Source: the human T2T-CHM13v2.0 reference genome, Homo sapiens. Taken from it: 64,000 bases of DNA. Below are positions 11,401-25,850 of this stretch, piece by piece (positions within the stretch are counted from its first letter, which is position 1; each line of letters opens with the position of its first letter). Location of the stretch: assembly GCF_009914755.1 (NCBI RefSeq), contig NC_060926.1. The stretch is one strand, 5' to 3'. Below the pieces are notes generated by a model. That model saw only the letters and a program-made list of their open reading frames with translations. It did not search any database and was not told where the DNA came from. The translations under genes and the position numbers were made by a program.

Positions 11401-14400
11401 TGTACATTTGCAGCACTTTCAGGCCTAAGGTGAAAAAGGAAATATCTTCCCCTGAAAACTAGACAGAAGCATTCTCAGAAACTTATTTGTGATGTGCGCC
11501 CTCAACTAACAGTGTTGAAGCTTTCTTTTGATAGAGCAGTTTTGAAACACTCTTTTTGTAATATCTGCAAGAGGATATTTGGATAGCTTTGAGGATTTCG
11601 TTGGAAACGGGTTTGTCTTCATATAAACTCTAGACAGAAGCATTCTCAGAAGCTTCATTGGGATGTTTCAATTGAAGTCACAGTGTTGAACAGTTCCTTT
11701 CATAGAACAGGTTTGAAACACTCTTTTTGTAGTATCTGGAAGTGGACATTTGGAGCGCTCTCAGGACTATGGTGAAAAAGGAAATATCTTCCAATAAAAG
11801 CTACATAGAAGCAATGTCAGAAACTTTTTCATGATGTATCTACTCAGCTAACAGAGTTGAACCTTTCCTTTGAGAGAGCAGTTTTGAAACACTCTTTTTG
11901 TGGAATCTGCAAGTGGATATTTGTCTAGCTTTGAGGATTTCGTTGGAAACGGGATTACATATAAAAAGCAGACAGCAGCATTCCCAGTAACTTCTTTGTG
12001 ATGTTTGCATTCAAGTCACAGAGTTGAATATTCCCTTTCATAGAGCAGGTTTGAAACACTCTTTTTGTAGTATCTGGATGTGGACATTTGGAGCGCTTTC
12101 AGGCCTATGGTGAAAAAGGAAATATCTTCCCCTGAAAACTAGACAGAAGCATTCTCAGAAACTTATTTGTGATGTGCGCCCTCAACTAACAGTGTTGAAC
12201 CTTTCTTTTGATAGAGCAGTTTTGAAACACTCTTTTTGTAAAATCTGCAAGAGGATATTTGGATAGCTTTGAGGATTTCGTTGGAAACGGGATTGTCTTC
12301 ATATAAACTCTAGACAGAAGCATTCTCAGAAGCTTCATTGGGATGTTTCAATTGAAGTCACAGTGTTGAACAGTCCCTTTCATAGAGCAGGTTTGAAACA
12401 CTCTTTTTGTAGTATCTGGATGTGGACATTTGGAGCGCTTTCAGGCCTATGGTTTAAAAGGAAATATCTTCCCCTGAAAACTAGACAGAAGCATTCTCAG
12501 AAACTTATTTGTGATGTGCGCCCTCAACTAACAGTGTTGAAGCATTCTTTTGATAGAGCAGTTTTGAAACACTCTTTTTGTGGAATCTGCAAGTGGATAT
12601 TTGTCTAGCTTTGAGGATTTCGTTGGAAACGGGATTAATTATAAAAAGCAGACAGCAGCATTCCCAGAATCCTGTTTGTGATGTTTGCATTCAAGTCACA
12701 GAGTTGAACATTCCCTTTCAGAGAGCAGGTTTGAAACACTCTTTTTATAGTATCTGGATGTGGACATTTGGAGCGCTTTCAGGCCTATGATGAAAAAGGA
12801 AATATCTTCTCCTGAAAACTAGACAGAAGCATTCTCAGAATCTTATTTGTGATGTGCGCCCTCAACTAACAGTGTTGAAGCTTTCTTTTGATAGAGCAGT
12901 TTTGAAACACTCTTTTCGTAAAATCTGCAAGAGGATATTTGGATAGCTTTGAGGATTTCGTTGGAAACGGGATTGTCTTCATATAAACTCTAGACAGAAG
13001 CATTCTCAGAAGCTTCATTGGGATGTTTCAATTGAAGTCACAGTGTTGAACAGTCCCTTTCATAGAGCAGGTTTGAAACACTCTTTTTGTAGTATCTGGA
13101 AGTGGACATTTGGAGAGATCTCAGGAATACGGTGATAAAGGTAATATCTTCCAATAAAAGCTAGATAGAAGCAATGTCAGAAACTTTTTCATGATGTATC
13201 TACTCAGCTAACAGAGTTGAACCTTTCTTTTGAGAGAGCAGTTTTGAAACACTCTTTTTGTGGAATCTGCAAGTGGATATTTGTCTAGCTTTGAGGATTT
13301 CGTTGGAAACGGGATTACATATAAAAAGCAGACAGCAGCATTCCCAGTAACTTCTTTGTGATGTTTGCATTCAAGTCACAGAGTTGAACATTCCCTTTCA
13401 TAGAGCAGGTTTGAAACACTTTTTTTGTAGTATCTGGATGTGGACATTTGGAGCGCTTTCAGGCCTATGGTGAAAAAGGAAATATCTTCCAATAAAAGCT
13501 AGATAGAAGCAATGTCAGAAACTTTTTCATGATGTATCTACTCAGCTAACAGAGTTGAACCTTTCTTTTGAGAGAGCAGTTTTGAAACACTCTTTTTGTA
13601 AAATCTGCAAGAGGATATTTGGATAGCTTTGAGGATTTCGTTGGAAACGGGATTGTCTTCATATAAACTCTAGACAGAAGCATTCTCAGAAGCGTCATTG
13701 GGATGTTTCAATTGAAGTCACAGTGTTGAACAGTCCCTTTCATAGAGCAGGTTTGAAACACTCTTTTTGTAGTATCTGGATGTGGACATTTGGAGCGCTT
13801 TCAGGCCTATGGTTTAAAAGGAAATATCTTCCCCTGAAAACTAGACAGAAGCATTCTCAGAAACTTATTTGTGATGTGCGCCTTCAACTAACAGTGTTGA
13901 AGCATTCTTTTGATAGAGCAGTTTTGAAACACTCTTTTTGTGGAATCTGCAAGTGGATATTTGTCTAGCTTTGAGGATTTCGTTGGAAACGGGATTACAT
14001 ATAAAAAGCAGACAGCAGCATTCCCAGAAACTTCTTTGTGATGTTTGCATTCAAGTCACAGAGTTGAACATTCCCTTTCAGAGAGCAGGTTTGAAACACT
14101 CTTTTTGTAGTATCTGGATGTGGACATTTGGAGCGCTTTCAGCCCTATGGTGAAAAAGGAAATATCTTCCCCTGAAAACTAGACAGAAGCATTCTCAGAA
14201 TCTTATTTGTGATGTGCGCCCTCAACTAACAGTGTTGAAGCTTTCTTTTGATAGAGCAGTTTTGAAACACTCTTTTTGTAAAATCTGCAAGAGGATATTT
14301 GGATAGCTTTGAGGATTTCGTTGGAAACGGGATTGTCTTCATATAAACTCTAGACAGAAGCATTCTCAGAAGCTTCATTGGGATGTTTCAATTGAAGTCA

Positions 14401-16980
14401 CAGTGTTGAACAGTCCCTTTCATAGAGCAGGTTTGAAACACTCTTTTTGTAGTATCTGGAAGTGGACATTTAGAGCGCTCTCAGGACTGCGGTGAAAAAG
14501 GAACTATCTTCCAATAAAAGCTAGATAGAAGCAATGTCAGAAACTTTTTCATGATGTATCTACTCAGCTAACAGAGTTGAACCTTCCTTTGAGAGAGCAG
14601 TTTTGAAACACTCTTTTTGTGGAATCTGCAAGTGGATATTTGTCTAGCTTTGAGGATTTCGTTGGAAACGGGATTACATATAAAAAGCAGACAGCAGCAT
14701 TCCCAGAAACTTCTTTGTGATGTTTGCATTCAAGTCACAGAGTTGAACATTCCCTTTCATAGAGCAGGTTTGAAACACTCTTTTTGTAGTATCTGGATGT
14801 GGACATTTGCAGCGCTTTCAGGCCTAAGGTGAAAAAGGAAATATCTTCCCCTGAAAACTAGACAGAAGCATTCTCAGAAACTTATTTGTGATGTGCGCCC
14901 TCAACTAACAGTGTTGAAGCTTTCTTTTGATAGAGCAGTTTTGAAACACTCTTTTTGTAATATCTGCAAGAGGATATTTGGATAGCTTTGAGGATTTCGT
15001 TGGAAACGGGATTGTCTTCATATAAACTCTAGGCAGAAGCATTCTCAGAAGCTTCATTGGGATGTTTCAATTGAAGTCACAGTGTTGAACAGTTCCTTTC
15101 ATAGAACAGGTTTGAAACACTCTTTTTGTAGTATCTGGAAGTGGACATTTGGAGCGCTCTCAGGACTACGGTGAAAATGGAAATATCTTCCAATAAAAGC
15201 TAGATAGAAGCAATGTCAGAAACTTTTTCATGATGTATCTACTCAGCTAACAGAGTTGAACCTTTCTTTTGAGAGAGCAGTTTTGAAACACTCGTTTTGT
15301 GGAATCTGCAAGTGGATATTTGTCTAGCTTTGAGGATTTCGTTGGAAACGGGATTACATATAAAAAGCAGACAGCAGCATTCCCAGAAACTTCTTTGTGA
15401 TGTTTGCATTCAAGTCACAGAGTTGAACATTCCCTTTCATAGAGCAGGTTTGAAACACTCTTTTTGTAGTATCTGGATGTGGACATTTGCAGCGCTTTCA
15501 GGCCTAAGGTGAAAAAGGAAATATCTTCCCCTGAAAACTAGACAGAAGCATTCTCAGAATCTTATTTGTGATGTGCGCCCTCAACTAACAGTGTTGAAGC
15601 TTTCTTTTGATAGAGCAGTTTTGAAACACTCTTTTTGTAAAATCTGCAAGAGGATATTTGGATAGCTTTGAGGATTTCGTTGGAAACGGGATTGTCTTCA
15701 TATAAACTCTAGACAGAAGCATTCTCAGAAGCTTCATTGGGATGTTTCAATTGAAGTCACAGTGTTGAACAGTCCCTTTCATAGAGCAGGTTTGAAACAC
15801 TCTTTTTGTAGTATCTGGAAGTGGACATTTGGAACGCTCTCAGGACTGCGGTGAAAAAGGAAATATCTTCCAATAAAAGCTACATAGAAGCAATGTCAGA
15901 AACTTTTTCATGATGTATCTACTCAGCTAACAGAGTTGAACCTTTCTTTTGAGAGAGCAGTTTTGAAACACTCTTTTTGTAAAATCTGCAAGAGGATATT
16001 TGGATAGCTTTGAGGATTTCGTTGGAAACGGGATTGTCTGCATATAAACTCTAGACAGAAGCATTCTCAGAAGCGTCATTGGGATGTTTCAATTGAAGTC
16101 ACAGTGTTGAACAGTCCCTTTCATAGAGCAGGTTTGAAACACTCTTTTTGTAGTATCTGGATGTGGACATTTGGAGCGCTTTCAGGCCTATGGTTTAAAA
16201 GGAAATATCTTCCCCTGAAAACTAGACAGAAGCATTCTCAGAAACTTATTTGTGATGTGCGCCTTCAACTAACAGTGTTGAAGCATTCTTTTGATAGAGC
16301 AGTTTTGAAACACTCTTTTTGTGGAACCTGCAAGTGGATATTTGTCTAGCTTTGAGGATTTCGTTGGAAACGGGATTACATATAAAAAGCAGACAGCAGC
16401 ATTCCCAGAAACTTCTTTGTGATGTTTGCATTCAAGTCACAGAGTTGAACATTCCCTTTCATAGAGCAGGTTTGAAACACTCTTTTTGTAGTATCTGGAT
16501 GTGGACATTTGGAGCGCTTTCAGCCCTATGGTGAAAAAGGAAATATCTTCCCCTGAAAACTAGACAGAAGCATTCTCAGAATCTTATTTGTGATGTGCGC
16601 CCTCAACTAACAGTGTTGAAGCTTTCTTTTGATAGAGCAGTTTTGAAACACTCTTTTTGTAAAATCTGCAAGAGGATATTTGGATAGCTTTGAGGATTTC
16701 GTTGGAAACGGGATTGTCTTCATATAAACTCTAGACAGAAGCATTCTCAGAAGCTTCATTGGGATGTTTCAATTGAAGTCACAGTGTTGAACAGTCCCTT
16801 TCATAGAGCAGGTTTGAAACACTCTTTTTGTAGTATCTGGAAGTGGACATTTGGAGCGCTCTCAGGACTGCGGTGAAAAAGGAACTATCTTCCAATAAAA
16901 GCTAGATAGAAGCAATGTCAGAAACTTTTTCATGATGTATCTACTCAGCTAACAGAGTTGAACCTTCCTTTGAGAGAGCA
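5420..16980 (+). repeat. Tandem duplication with a 5780-bp unit (34 monomers, two copies)
   Basis: Variant-specific ORFs recur at +5780 (5438/11218, 6583/12363, 7943/13723, 9517/15297, 10324/16104). The variant CTTCTTTTTGATG is seen only near 5538 and 11318. Confidence 0.93.
8581..9259 (+). repeat. Example canonical A-B-C-D tetramer HOR unit (679 bp because B carries a 1-bp deletion variant)
   Basis: A at 8581, B at 8752, C at 8918, D at 9089, next A at 9260. The ORF track shows a 679-680 bp period (8158, 8837, 9517). Confidence 0.9.
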
Positions 16981-19900
16981 GTTTTGAAACACTCTTTTTG
17001 TGGAATCTGCAAGTGGATATTTGTCTAGCTTTGAGGATTTCGTTGGAAACGGGATTACATATAAAAAGCAGACAGCAGCATTCCCAGAAACTTCTTTGTG
17101 ATGTTTGCATTCAAGTCACAGAGTTGAACATTCCCTTTCATAGAGCAGGTTTGAAACACTCTTTTTGTAGTATCTGGATGTGGACATTTGCAGCGCTTTC
17201 AGGCCTAAGGTGAAAAAGGAAATATCTTCCCCTGAAAACTAGACAGAAGCATTCTCAGAAACTTATTTGTGATGTGCGCCCTCAACTAACAGTGTTGAAG
17301 CTTTCTTTTGATAGAGCAGTTTTGAAACACTCTTTTTGTAATATCTGCAAGAGGATATTTGGATAGCTTTGAGGATTTCGTTGGAAACGGGATTGTCTTC
17401 ATATAAACTCTAGACAGAAGCATTCTCAGAAGCTTCATTGGGATGTTTCAATTGAAGTCACAGTGTTGAACAGTTCCTTTCATAGAACAGGTTTGAAACA
17501 CTCTTTTTGTAGTATCTGGAAGTGGACATTTGGAGCGCTCTCAGGACTACGGTGAAAATGGAAATATCTTCCAATAAAAGCTACATAGAAGCAATGACAG
17601 AAACTTTTTCATGATGTATCTACTCAGCTAACAGAGTTGAACCTTTCCTTTGAGAGAGCAGTTTTGAAACACTCTTTTTGTGGAATCTGCAAGTGGATAT
17701 TTGTCTAGCTTTGAGGATTTCGTTGGAAACGGGATTACATATAAAAAGCAGACAGCAGCATTCCCAGAATCTTCTTTGTGATGTTTGCATTCAAGTCACA
17801 GAGTTGAACATTCCCTTTCATAGAGCAGGTTTCAAACACTCTTTTTGTAGTATCTGGATGTGGACATTTGGAGCGCTTTCAGGCCTATGGTGAAAAAGGA
17901 AATATCTTCCCCTGAAAACTAGACAGAAGCATTCTCAGAATCTTATTTGTGATGTGCGCCCTCAACTAACAGTGTTGAAGCTTTCTTTTGATAGAGCAGT
18001 TTTGAAACACTCTTTTTGTAATATCTGCAAGAGGATATTTGGATAGCTTTGAGGATTTCGTTGGAAACGGGATTGTCTTCATATAAACTCTAGACAGAAG
18101 CATTCTCAGAAGCTTCATTGGGATGTTTCAATTGAAGTCACAGTGTTGAACAGTCCCTTTCATAGAGCAGGTTTGAAACACTCTTTTTGTAGTATCTGGA
18201 AGTGGACATTTGGAACGCTCTCAGGACTGCGGTGAAAAAGGAAATATCTTCCAATAAAAGCTAGATAGAAGCAATGTCAGAAACTTTTTCATGATGTATC
18301 TACTCAGCTAACAGAGTTGAACCTTTCTTTTGAGAGAGCAGTTTTGAAACACTCTTTTTGTGGAATCTGCAAGTGCATATTTGTCTAGCTTTGAGGATTT
18401 CGTTGGAAACGGGATTACATATAAAAAGCAGACAGCAGCATTCCCAGTAACTTCTTTGTGATGTTTGCATTCAAGTCACAGAGTTGAACATTCCCTTTCA
18501 TAGAGCAGGTTTGAAACACTTTTTTTGTAGTATCTGGATGTGGACATTTGGAGCGCTTTCAGGCCTATGGTGAAAAAGGAAATATCTTCCAATAAAAGCT
18601 ACATAAAAGCAATGTCAGAAACTTTTTCATGATGTATCTACTCAGCTAACAGAGTTGAACCTTTCTTTTGAGAGAGCAGTTTTGAAACACTCTTTTTGTG
18701 GAATCTGGAAGTGGATATTTGTCTAGTTTTGAGGATTTCGTTGGAAACGGGATTACATATAAAAAGCAGACAGCAGCATTCCCAGTAACTTCTTTGTGAT
18801 GTTTGCATTCAAGTCACAGAGTTGAACATTCCCTTTCATAGAGCAGGTTTGAAACACTCTTTTTGTAGTATCTGGATGTGGACATTTGGAGCGCTTTCAG
18901 GCCTATTGTGAAAAAGGAAATATCTTCCCCTGAAAACTAGACAGAAGAATTCTCAGAATCTTATTTGTGATGTGCGCCCTCAACTAACAGTGTTGAAGCT
19001 TTCTTTTGATAGAGCAGTTTTGAAACACTCTTTTTGTAAAATCTGCAAGAGGATATTTGGATAGCTTTGAGGATTTCGTTGGAAACGGGATTGTCTTCAT
19101 ATAAACTCTACACAGAAGCATTCTCAGAAGCGTCATTGGGATGTTTCAATTGAAGTCACAGTGTTGAACAGTCCCTTTCATAGAGCAGGTTTGAAACACT
19201 CTTTTTGTAGTATCTGGATGTGGACATTTGGAGCGCTTTCAGTCCTATGGTTTAAAAGGAAATATCTTCCCCTGAAAACTAGACAGAAGCATTCTCAGAA
19301 ACTTATTTGTGATGTGCGCCTTCAACTAACAGTGTTGAAGCATTCTTTTGATAGAGCAGTTTTGAAACACTCTTTTTGTGGAATCTGCAAGTGGATATTT
19401 GTCTAGCTTTGAGGATTTCGTTGGAAACGGGATTACATATAAAAAGCAGACAGCAGCATTCCCAGAAACTTCTTTGTGATGTTTGCATTCAAGTCACAGA
19501 GTTGAACATTCCCTTTCAGAGAGCAGGTTTGAAACACTCTTTTTGTAGTATCTGGATGTGGACATTTGGAGCGCTTTCAGGCCTATGGTGAAAAAGGAAA
19601 TATCTTCCCCTGAAAACTAGACAGAAGCATTCTCAGAATCTTATTTGTGATGTGCGCCCTCAACTAACAGTGTTGAAGCTTTCTTTTGATAGAGCAGTTT
19701 TGAAACACTCTTTTTGTAAAATCTGCAAGAGGATATTTGGATAGCTTTGAGGATTTCATTGGAAACGGGATTGTCTTCATATAAACTCTAGACAGAAGCA
19801 TTCTCAGAAGCTTCATTGGGATGTTTCAATTGAAGTCACAGTGTTGAACAGTCCCTTTCATAGAGCAGGTTTGAAACACTCCTTTTGTAGTATCTGGAAG

Positions 19901-22900
19901 TGGACATTTGGAGCGCTCTCAGGACTGCGGTGAAAAAGGAAATATCTTCCAATAAAAGCTAGATAGAAGCAATGTCAGAAACTTTTTCATGATGTATCTA
20001 CTCAGCTAACAGAGTTGAACCTTCCTTTGAGAGAGCAGTTTTGAAACACTCTTTTTGTGGAATCTGCAAGTGGATATTTGCCTAGCTTTGAGGATTTCGT
20101 TGGAAACGGGATTGTCTTCATATAAACTCTAGACAGAAGCATTCTCAGAAGCTTCATTGGGATGTTTCAATTGAAGTCACAGTGTTGAACAGTTCCTTTC
20201 ATAGAACAGGTTTGAAACACTCTTTTTGTAGTATCTGGAAGTGGACATTTGGAGCGCTCTCAGGACTATGGTGAAAAAGGAAATATCTTCCAATAAAAGC
20301 TACATAGAAGCAATGTCAGAAACTTTTTCATGATGTATCTACTCAGCTAACAGAGTTGAACCTTTCCTTTGAGAGAGCAGTTTTGAAACACTCTTTTTGT
20401 GGAATCTGCAGGTGGATATTTGTCTAGCTTTGAGGATTTCGTTGGAAACGGGATTACATATAAAAAGCAGACAGCAGCATTCCCAGTAACTTCTTTGTGA
20501 TGTTTGCATTCAAGTCACAGAGTTGAACATTGCCTTTCATAGAGCAGGTTTCAAACACTCTTTTTGTAGTATCTGGATGTGGACATTTGGAGCGCTTTCA
20601 GGCCTATGGTGAAAAAGGAAATATCTTCCCCTGAAAACTAGACAGAAGCATTCTCAGAATCTTATTTGTGATGTGCGCCCTCAACTAACAGTGTTGAAGC
20701 TTTCTTTTGATAGAGCAGTTTTGAAACACTCTTTTTGTAAAATCTGCAAGAGGATATTTGGATAGCTTTGAGGATTTCGTTGGAAACGGGATTGTCTTCA
20801 TATAAACTCTAGACAGAAGCATTCTCAGAAGCTTCATTGGGATGTTTCAATTGAAGTCACAGTGTTGAACAGTCCCTTTCATAGAGCAGGTTTGAAACAC
20901 TCTTTTTGTAGTATCTGGAAGTGGACATTTGGAACGCTCTCAGGACTGCGGTGAAAAAGGAAATATCTTCCAATAAAAGCTACATAGAAGCAATGTCAGA
21001 AACTTTTTCATGATGTATCTACTCAGCTAACAGAGTTGAACCTTTCTTTTGAGAGAGCAGTTTTGAAACACTCTTTTTGTAAAATCTGCAAGAGGATATT
21101 TGGATAGCTTTGAGGATTTCGTTGGAAACGGGATTGTCTGCATATAAACTCTAGACAGAAGCATTCTCAGAAGCGTCATTGGGATGTTTCAATTGAAGTC
21201 ACAGTGTTGAACAGTCCCTTTCATAGAGCAGGTTTGAAACACTCTTTTTGTAGTATCTGGATGTGGACATTTGGAGCGCTTTCAGGCCTATGGTGTAAAA
21301 GGAAATATCTTCCCCTGAAAACTAGACAGAAGCATTCTCAGAAACTTATTTGTGATGTGCGCCTTCAACTAACAGTGTTGAAGCATTCTTTTGATAGAGC
21401 AGTTTTGAAACACTCTTTTTGTGGAACCTGCAAGTGGATATTTGTCTAGCTTTGAGGATTTCGTTGGAAACGGGATTACATATAAAAAGCAGACAGCAGC
21501 ATTCCCAGAAACTTCTTTGTGATGTTTGCATTCAAGTCACAGAGTTGAACATTCCCTTTCATAGAGCAGGTTTGAAACACTCTTTTTGTAGTATCTGGAT
21601 GTGGACATTTGGAGCGCTTTCAGCCCTATGGTGAAAAAGGAAATATCTTCCCCTGAAAACTAGACAGAAGCATTCTCAGAATCTTATTTGTGATGTGCGC
21701 CCTCAACTAACAGTGTTGAAGCTTTCTTTTGATAGAGCAGTTTTGAAACACTCTTTTTGTAAAATCTGCAAGAGGATATTTGGATAGCTTTGAGGATTTC
21801 GTTGGAAACGGGATTGTCTTCATATAAACTCTAGACAGAAGCATTCTCAGAAGCTTCATTGGGATGTTTCAATTGAAGTCACAGTGTTGAACAGTCCCTT
21901 TCATAGAGCAGGTTTGAAACACTCTTTTTGTAGTATCTGGAAGTGGACATTTGGAGCGCTCTCAGGACTGCGGTGAAAAAGGAACTATCTTCCAATAAAA
22001 GCTAGATAGAAGCAATGTCAGAAACTTTTTCATGATGTATCTACTCAGCTAACAGAGTTGAACCTTCCCTTGAGAGAGCAGTTTTGAAACACTCTTTTTG
22101 TGGAATCTGCAAGTGGATATTTGTCTAGCTTTGAGGATTTCGTTGGAAACGGGATTACATATAAAAAGCAGACAGCAGCATTCCCAGAAACTTCTTTGTG
22201 ATGTTTGCATTCAAGTCACAGAGTTGAACATTCCCTTTCATAGAGCAGGTTTGAAACACTCTTTTTGTAGTATCTGGATGTGGACATTTGCAGCGCTTTC
22301 AGGCCTAAGGTGAAAAAGGAAATATCTTCCCCTGAAAACTAGACAGAAGCATTCTCAGAAACTTATTTGTGATGTGCGCCCTCAACTAACAGTGTTGAAG
22401 CTTCCTTTTGATAGAGCAGTTTTGAAACACTCTTTTTGTAATATCTGCAAGAGGATATTTGGATAGCTTTGAGGATTTCGTTGGAAACGGGATTGTCTTC
22501 ATATAAACTCTAGACAGAAGCATTCTCAGAAGCTTCATTGGGATGTTTCAATTGAAGTCACAGTGTTGAACAGTTCCTTTCATAGAACAGGTTTGAAACA
22601 CTCTTTTTGTAGTATCTGGAAGTGGACATTTGGAGCGCTCTCAGGACTACGGTGAAAATGGAAATATCTTCCAATAAAAGCTACATAGAAGCAATGTCAG
22701 AAACTTTTTCATGATGTATCTACTCAGCTAACAGAGTTGAACCTTTCCTTTGAGAGAGCAGTTTTGAAACACTCTTTTTGTGGAATCTGCAAGTGGATAT
22801 TTGTCTAGCTTTGAGGATTTCGTTGGAAACGGGATTACATATAAAAAGCAGACAGCAGCATTCCCAGAATCTTCTTTGTGATGTTTGCATTCAAGTCACA

Positions 22901-25850
22901 GAGTTGAACATTCCCTTTCATAGAGCAGGTTTCAAACACTCTTTTTGTAGTATCTGGATGTGGACATTTGGAGCGCTTTCAGGCCTATGGTGAAAAAGGA
23001 AATATCTTCCCCTGAAAACTAGACAGAAGCATTCTCAGAATCTTATTTGTGATGTGCGCCCTCAACTAACAGTGTTGAAGCTTTCTTTTGATAGAGCAGT
23101 TTTGAAACACTCTTTTTGTAATATCTGCAAGAGGATATTTGGATAGCTTTGAGGATTTCGTTGGAAACGGGATTGTCTTCATATAAACTCTAGACAGAAG
23201 CATTCTCAGAAGCTTCATTGGGATGTTTCAATTGAAGTCACAGTGTTGAACAGTCCCTTTCATAGAGCAGGTTTGAAACACTCTTTTTGTAGTATCTGGA
23301 AGTGGACATTTGGAACGCTCTCAGGACTGCGGTGAAAAAGGAAATATCTTCCAATAAAAGCTAGATAGAAGCAATGTCAGAAACTTTTTCATGATGTATC
23401 TACTCAGCTAACAGAGTTGAACCTTTCTTTTGAGAGAGCAGTTTTGAAACACTCTTTTTGTGGAATCTGCAAGTGCATATTTGTCTAGCTTTGAGGATTT
23501 CGTTGGAAACGGGATTACATATAAAAAGCAGACAGCAGCATTCCCAGTAACTTCTTTGTGATGTTTGCATTCAAGTCACAGAGTTGAACATTCCCTTTCA
23601 TAGAGCAGGTTTGAAACACTTTTTTTGTAGTATCTGGATGTGGACATTTGGAGCGCTTTCAGGCCTATGGTGAAAAAGGAAATATCTTCCAATAAAAGCT
23701 ACATAAAAGCAATGTCAGAAACTTTTTCATGATGTATCTACTCAGCTAACAGAGTTGAACCTTTCTTTTGAGAGAGCAGTTTTGAAACACTCTTTTTGTG
23801 GAATCTGGAAGTGGATATTTGTCTAGTTTTGAGGATTTCGTTGGAAACGGGATTACATATAAAAAGCAGACAGCAGCATTCCCAGTAACTTCTTTGTGAT
23901 GTTTGCATTCAAGTCACAGAGTTGAACATTCCCTTTCATAGAGCAGGTTTGAAACACTCTTTTTGTAGTATCTGGATGTGGACATTTGGAGCGCTTTCAG
24001 GCCTATTGTGAAAAAGGAAATATCTTCCCCTGAAAACTAGACAGAAGAATTCTCAGAATCTTATTTGTGATGTGCGCCCTCAACTAACAGTGTTGAAGCT
24101 TTCTTTTGATAGAGCAGTTTTGAAACACTCTTTTTGTAAAATCTGCAAGAGGATATTTGGATAGCTTTGAGGATTTCGTTGGAAACGGGATTGTCTTCAT
24201 ATAAACTCTACACAGAAGCATTCTCAGAAGCTTCATTGGGATGTTTCAATTGAAGTCACAGTGTTGAACAGTCCCTTTCATAGAGCAGGTTTGAAACACT
24301 CTTTTTGTAGTATCTGGATGTGGACATTTGGAGCGCTTTCAGGCCTATGGTTTAAAAGGAAATATCTTCCCCTGAAAACTAGACAGAAGCATTCTCAGAA
24401 ACTTATTTGTGATGTGCGCCTTCAACTAACAGTGTTGAAGCATTCTTTTGATAGAGCAGTTTTGAAACACTCTTTTTGTGGAATCTGCAAGTGGATATTT
24501 GTCTAGCTTTGAGGATTTCGTTGGAAACGGGATTACATATAAAAAGCAGACAGCAGCATTCCCAGAAACTTCTTTGTGATGTTTGCATTCAAGTCACAGA
24601 GTTGAACATTCCCTTTCAGAGAGCAGGTTTGAAACACTCTTTTTGTAGTATCTGGATGTGGACATTTGGAGCGCTTTCAGGCCTATGGTGAAAAAGGAAA
24701 TATCTTCCCCTGAAAACTAGACAGAAGCATTCTCAGAATCTTATTTGTGATGTGCGCCCGCAACTAACAGTGTTGAAGCTTTCTTTTGATAGAGCAGTTT
24801 TGAAACACTCTTTTTGTAAAATCTGCAAGAGGATATTTGGATAGCTTTGAGGATTTCATTGGAAACGGGATTGTCTTCATATAAACTCTAGACAGAAGCA
24901 TTCTCAGAAGCTTCATTGGGATGTTTCAATTGAAGTCACAGTGTTGAACAGTCCCTTTCATAGAGCAGGTTTGAAACACTCCTTTTGTAGTATCTGGAAG
25001 TGGACATTTAGAGCGCTCTCAGGACTGCGGTGAAAAAGGAAATATCTTCCAATAAAAGCTAGATAGAAGCAATGTCAGAAACTTTTTCATGATGTATCTA
25101 CTCAGCTAACAGAGTTGAACCTTCCTTTGAGAGAGCAGTTTTGAAACACTCTTTTTGTGGAATCTGCAAGTGGATATTTGTCTAGCTTTGAGGATTTCGT
25201 TGGAAACGGGATTGTCTTCATATAAACTCTAGACAGAAGCATTCTCAGAAGCTTCATTGGGATGTTTCAATTGAAGTCACAGTGTTGAACAGTTCCTTTC
25301 ATAGAACAGGTTTGAAACACTCTTTTTGTAGTATCTGGAAGTGGACATTTGGAGCGCTCTCAGGACTATGGTGAAAAAGGAAATATCTTCCAATAAAAGC
25401 TACATAGAAGCAATGTCAGAAACTTTTTCATGATGTATCTACTCAGCTAACAGAGTTGAACCTTTCCTTTGAGAGAGCAGTTTTGAAACACTCTTTTTGT
25501 GGAATCTGCAGGTGGATATTTGTCTAGCTTTGAGGATTTCGTTGGAAACGGGATTACATATAAAAAGCAGACATCAGCATTCCCAGTAACTTCTTTGTGA
25601 TGTTTGCATTCAAGTCACAGAGTTGAACATTGCCTTTCATACAGCAGGTTTCAAACACTCTTTTTGTAGTATCTGGATGTGGACATTTGGAGCGCTTTCA
25701 GGCCTATGGTGAAAAAGGAAATATCTTCCCCTGAAAACTAGACAGAAGCATTCTCAGAATCTTATTTGTGATGTGCGCCCTCAACTAACAGTGTTGAAGC
25801 TTTCTTTTGATAGAGCAGTTTTGAAACACTCTTTTTGTAAAATCTGCAAG
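15650..25850 (+). repeat. Tandem duplication with a 5100-bp unit (30 monomers, two copies)
   Basis: Offsets 16104/21204, 17678/22778, 19161/24261; EcoRI at 18947/24047; mutant CENP-B box at 19754/24854. Confidence 0.9.
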
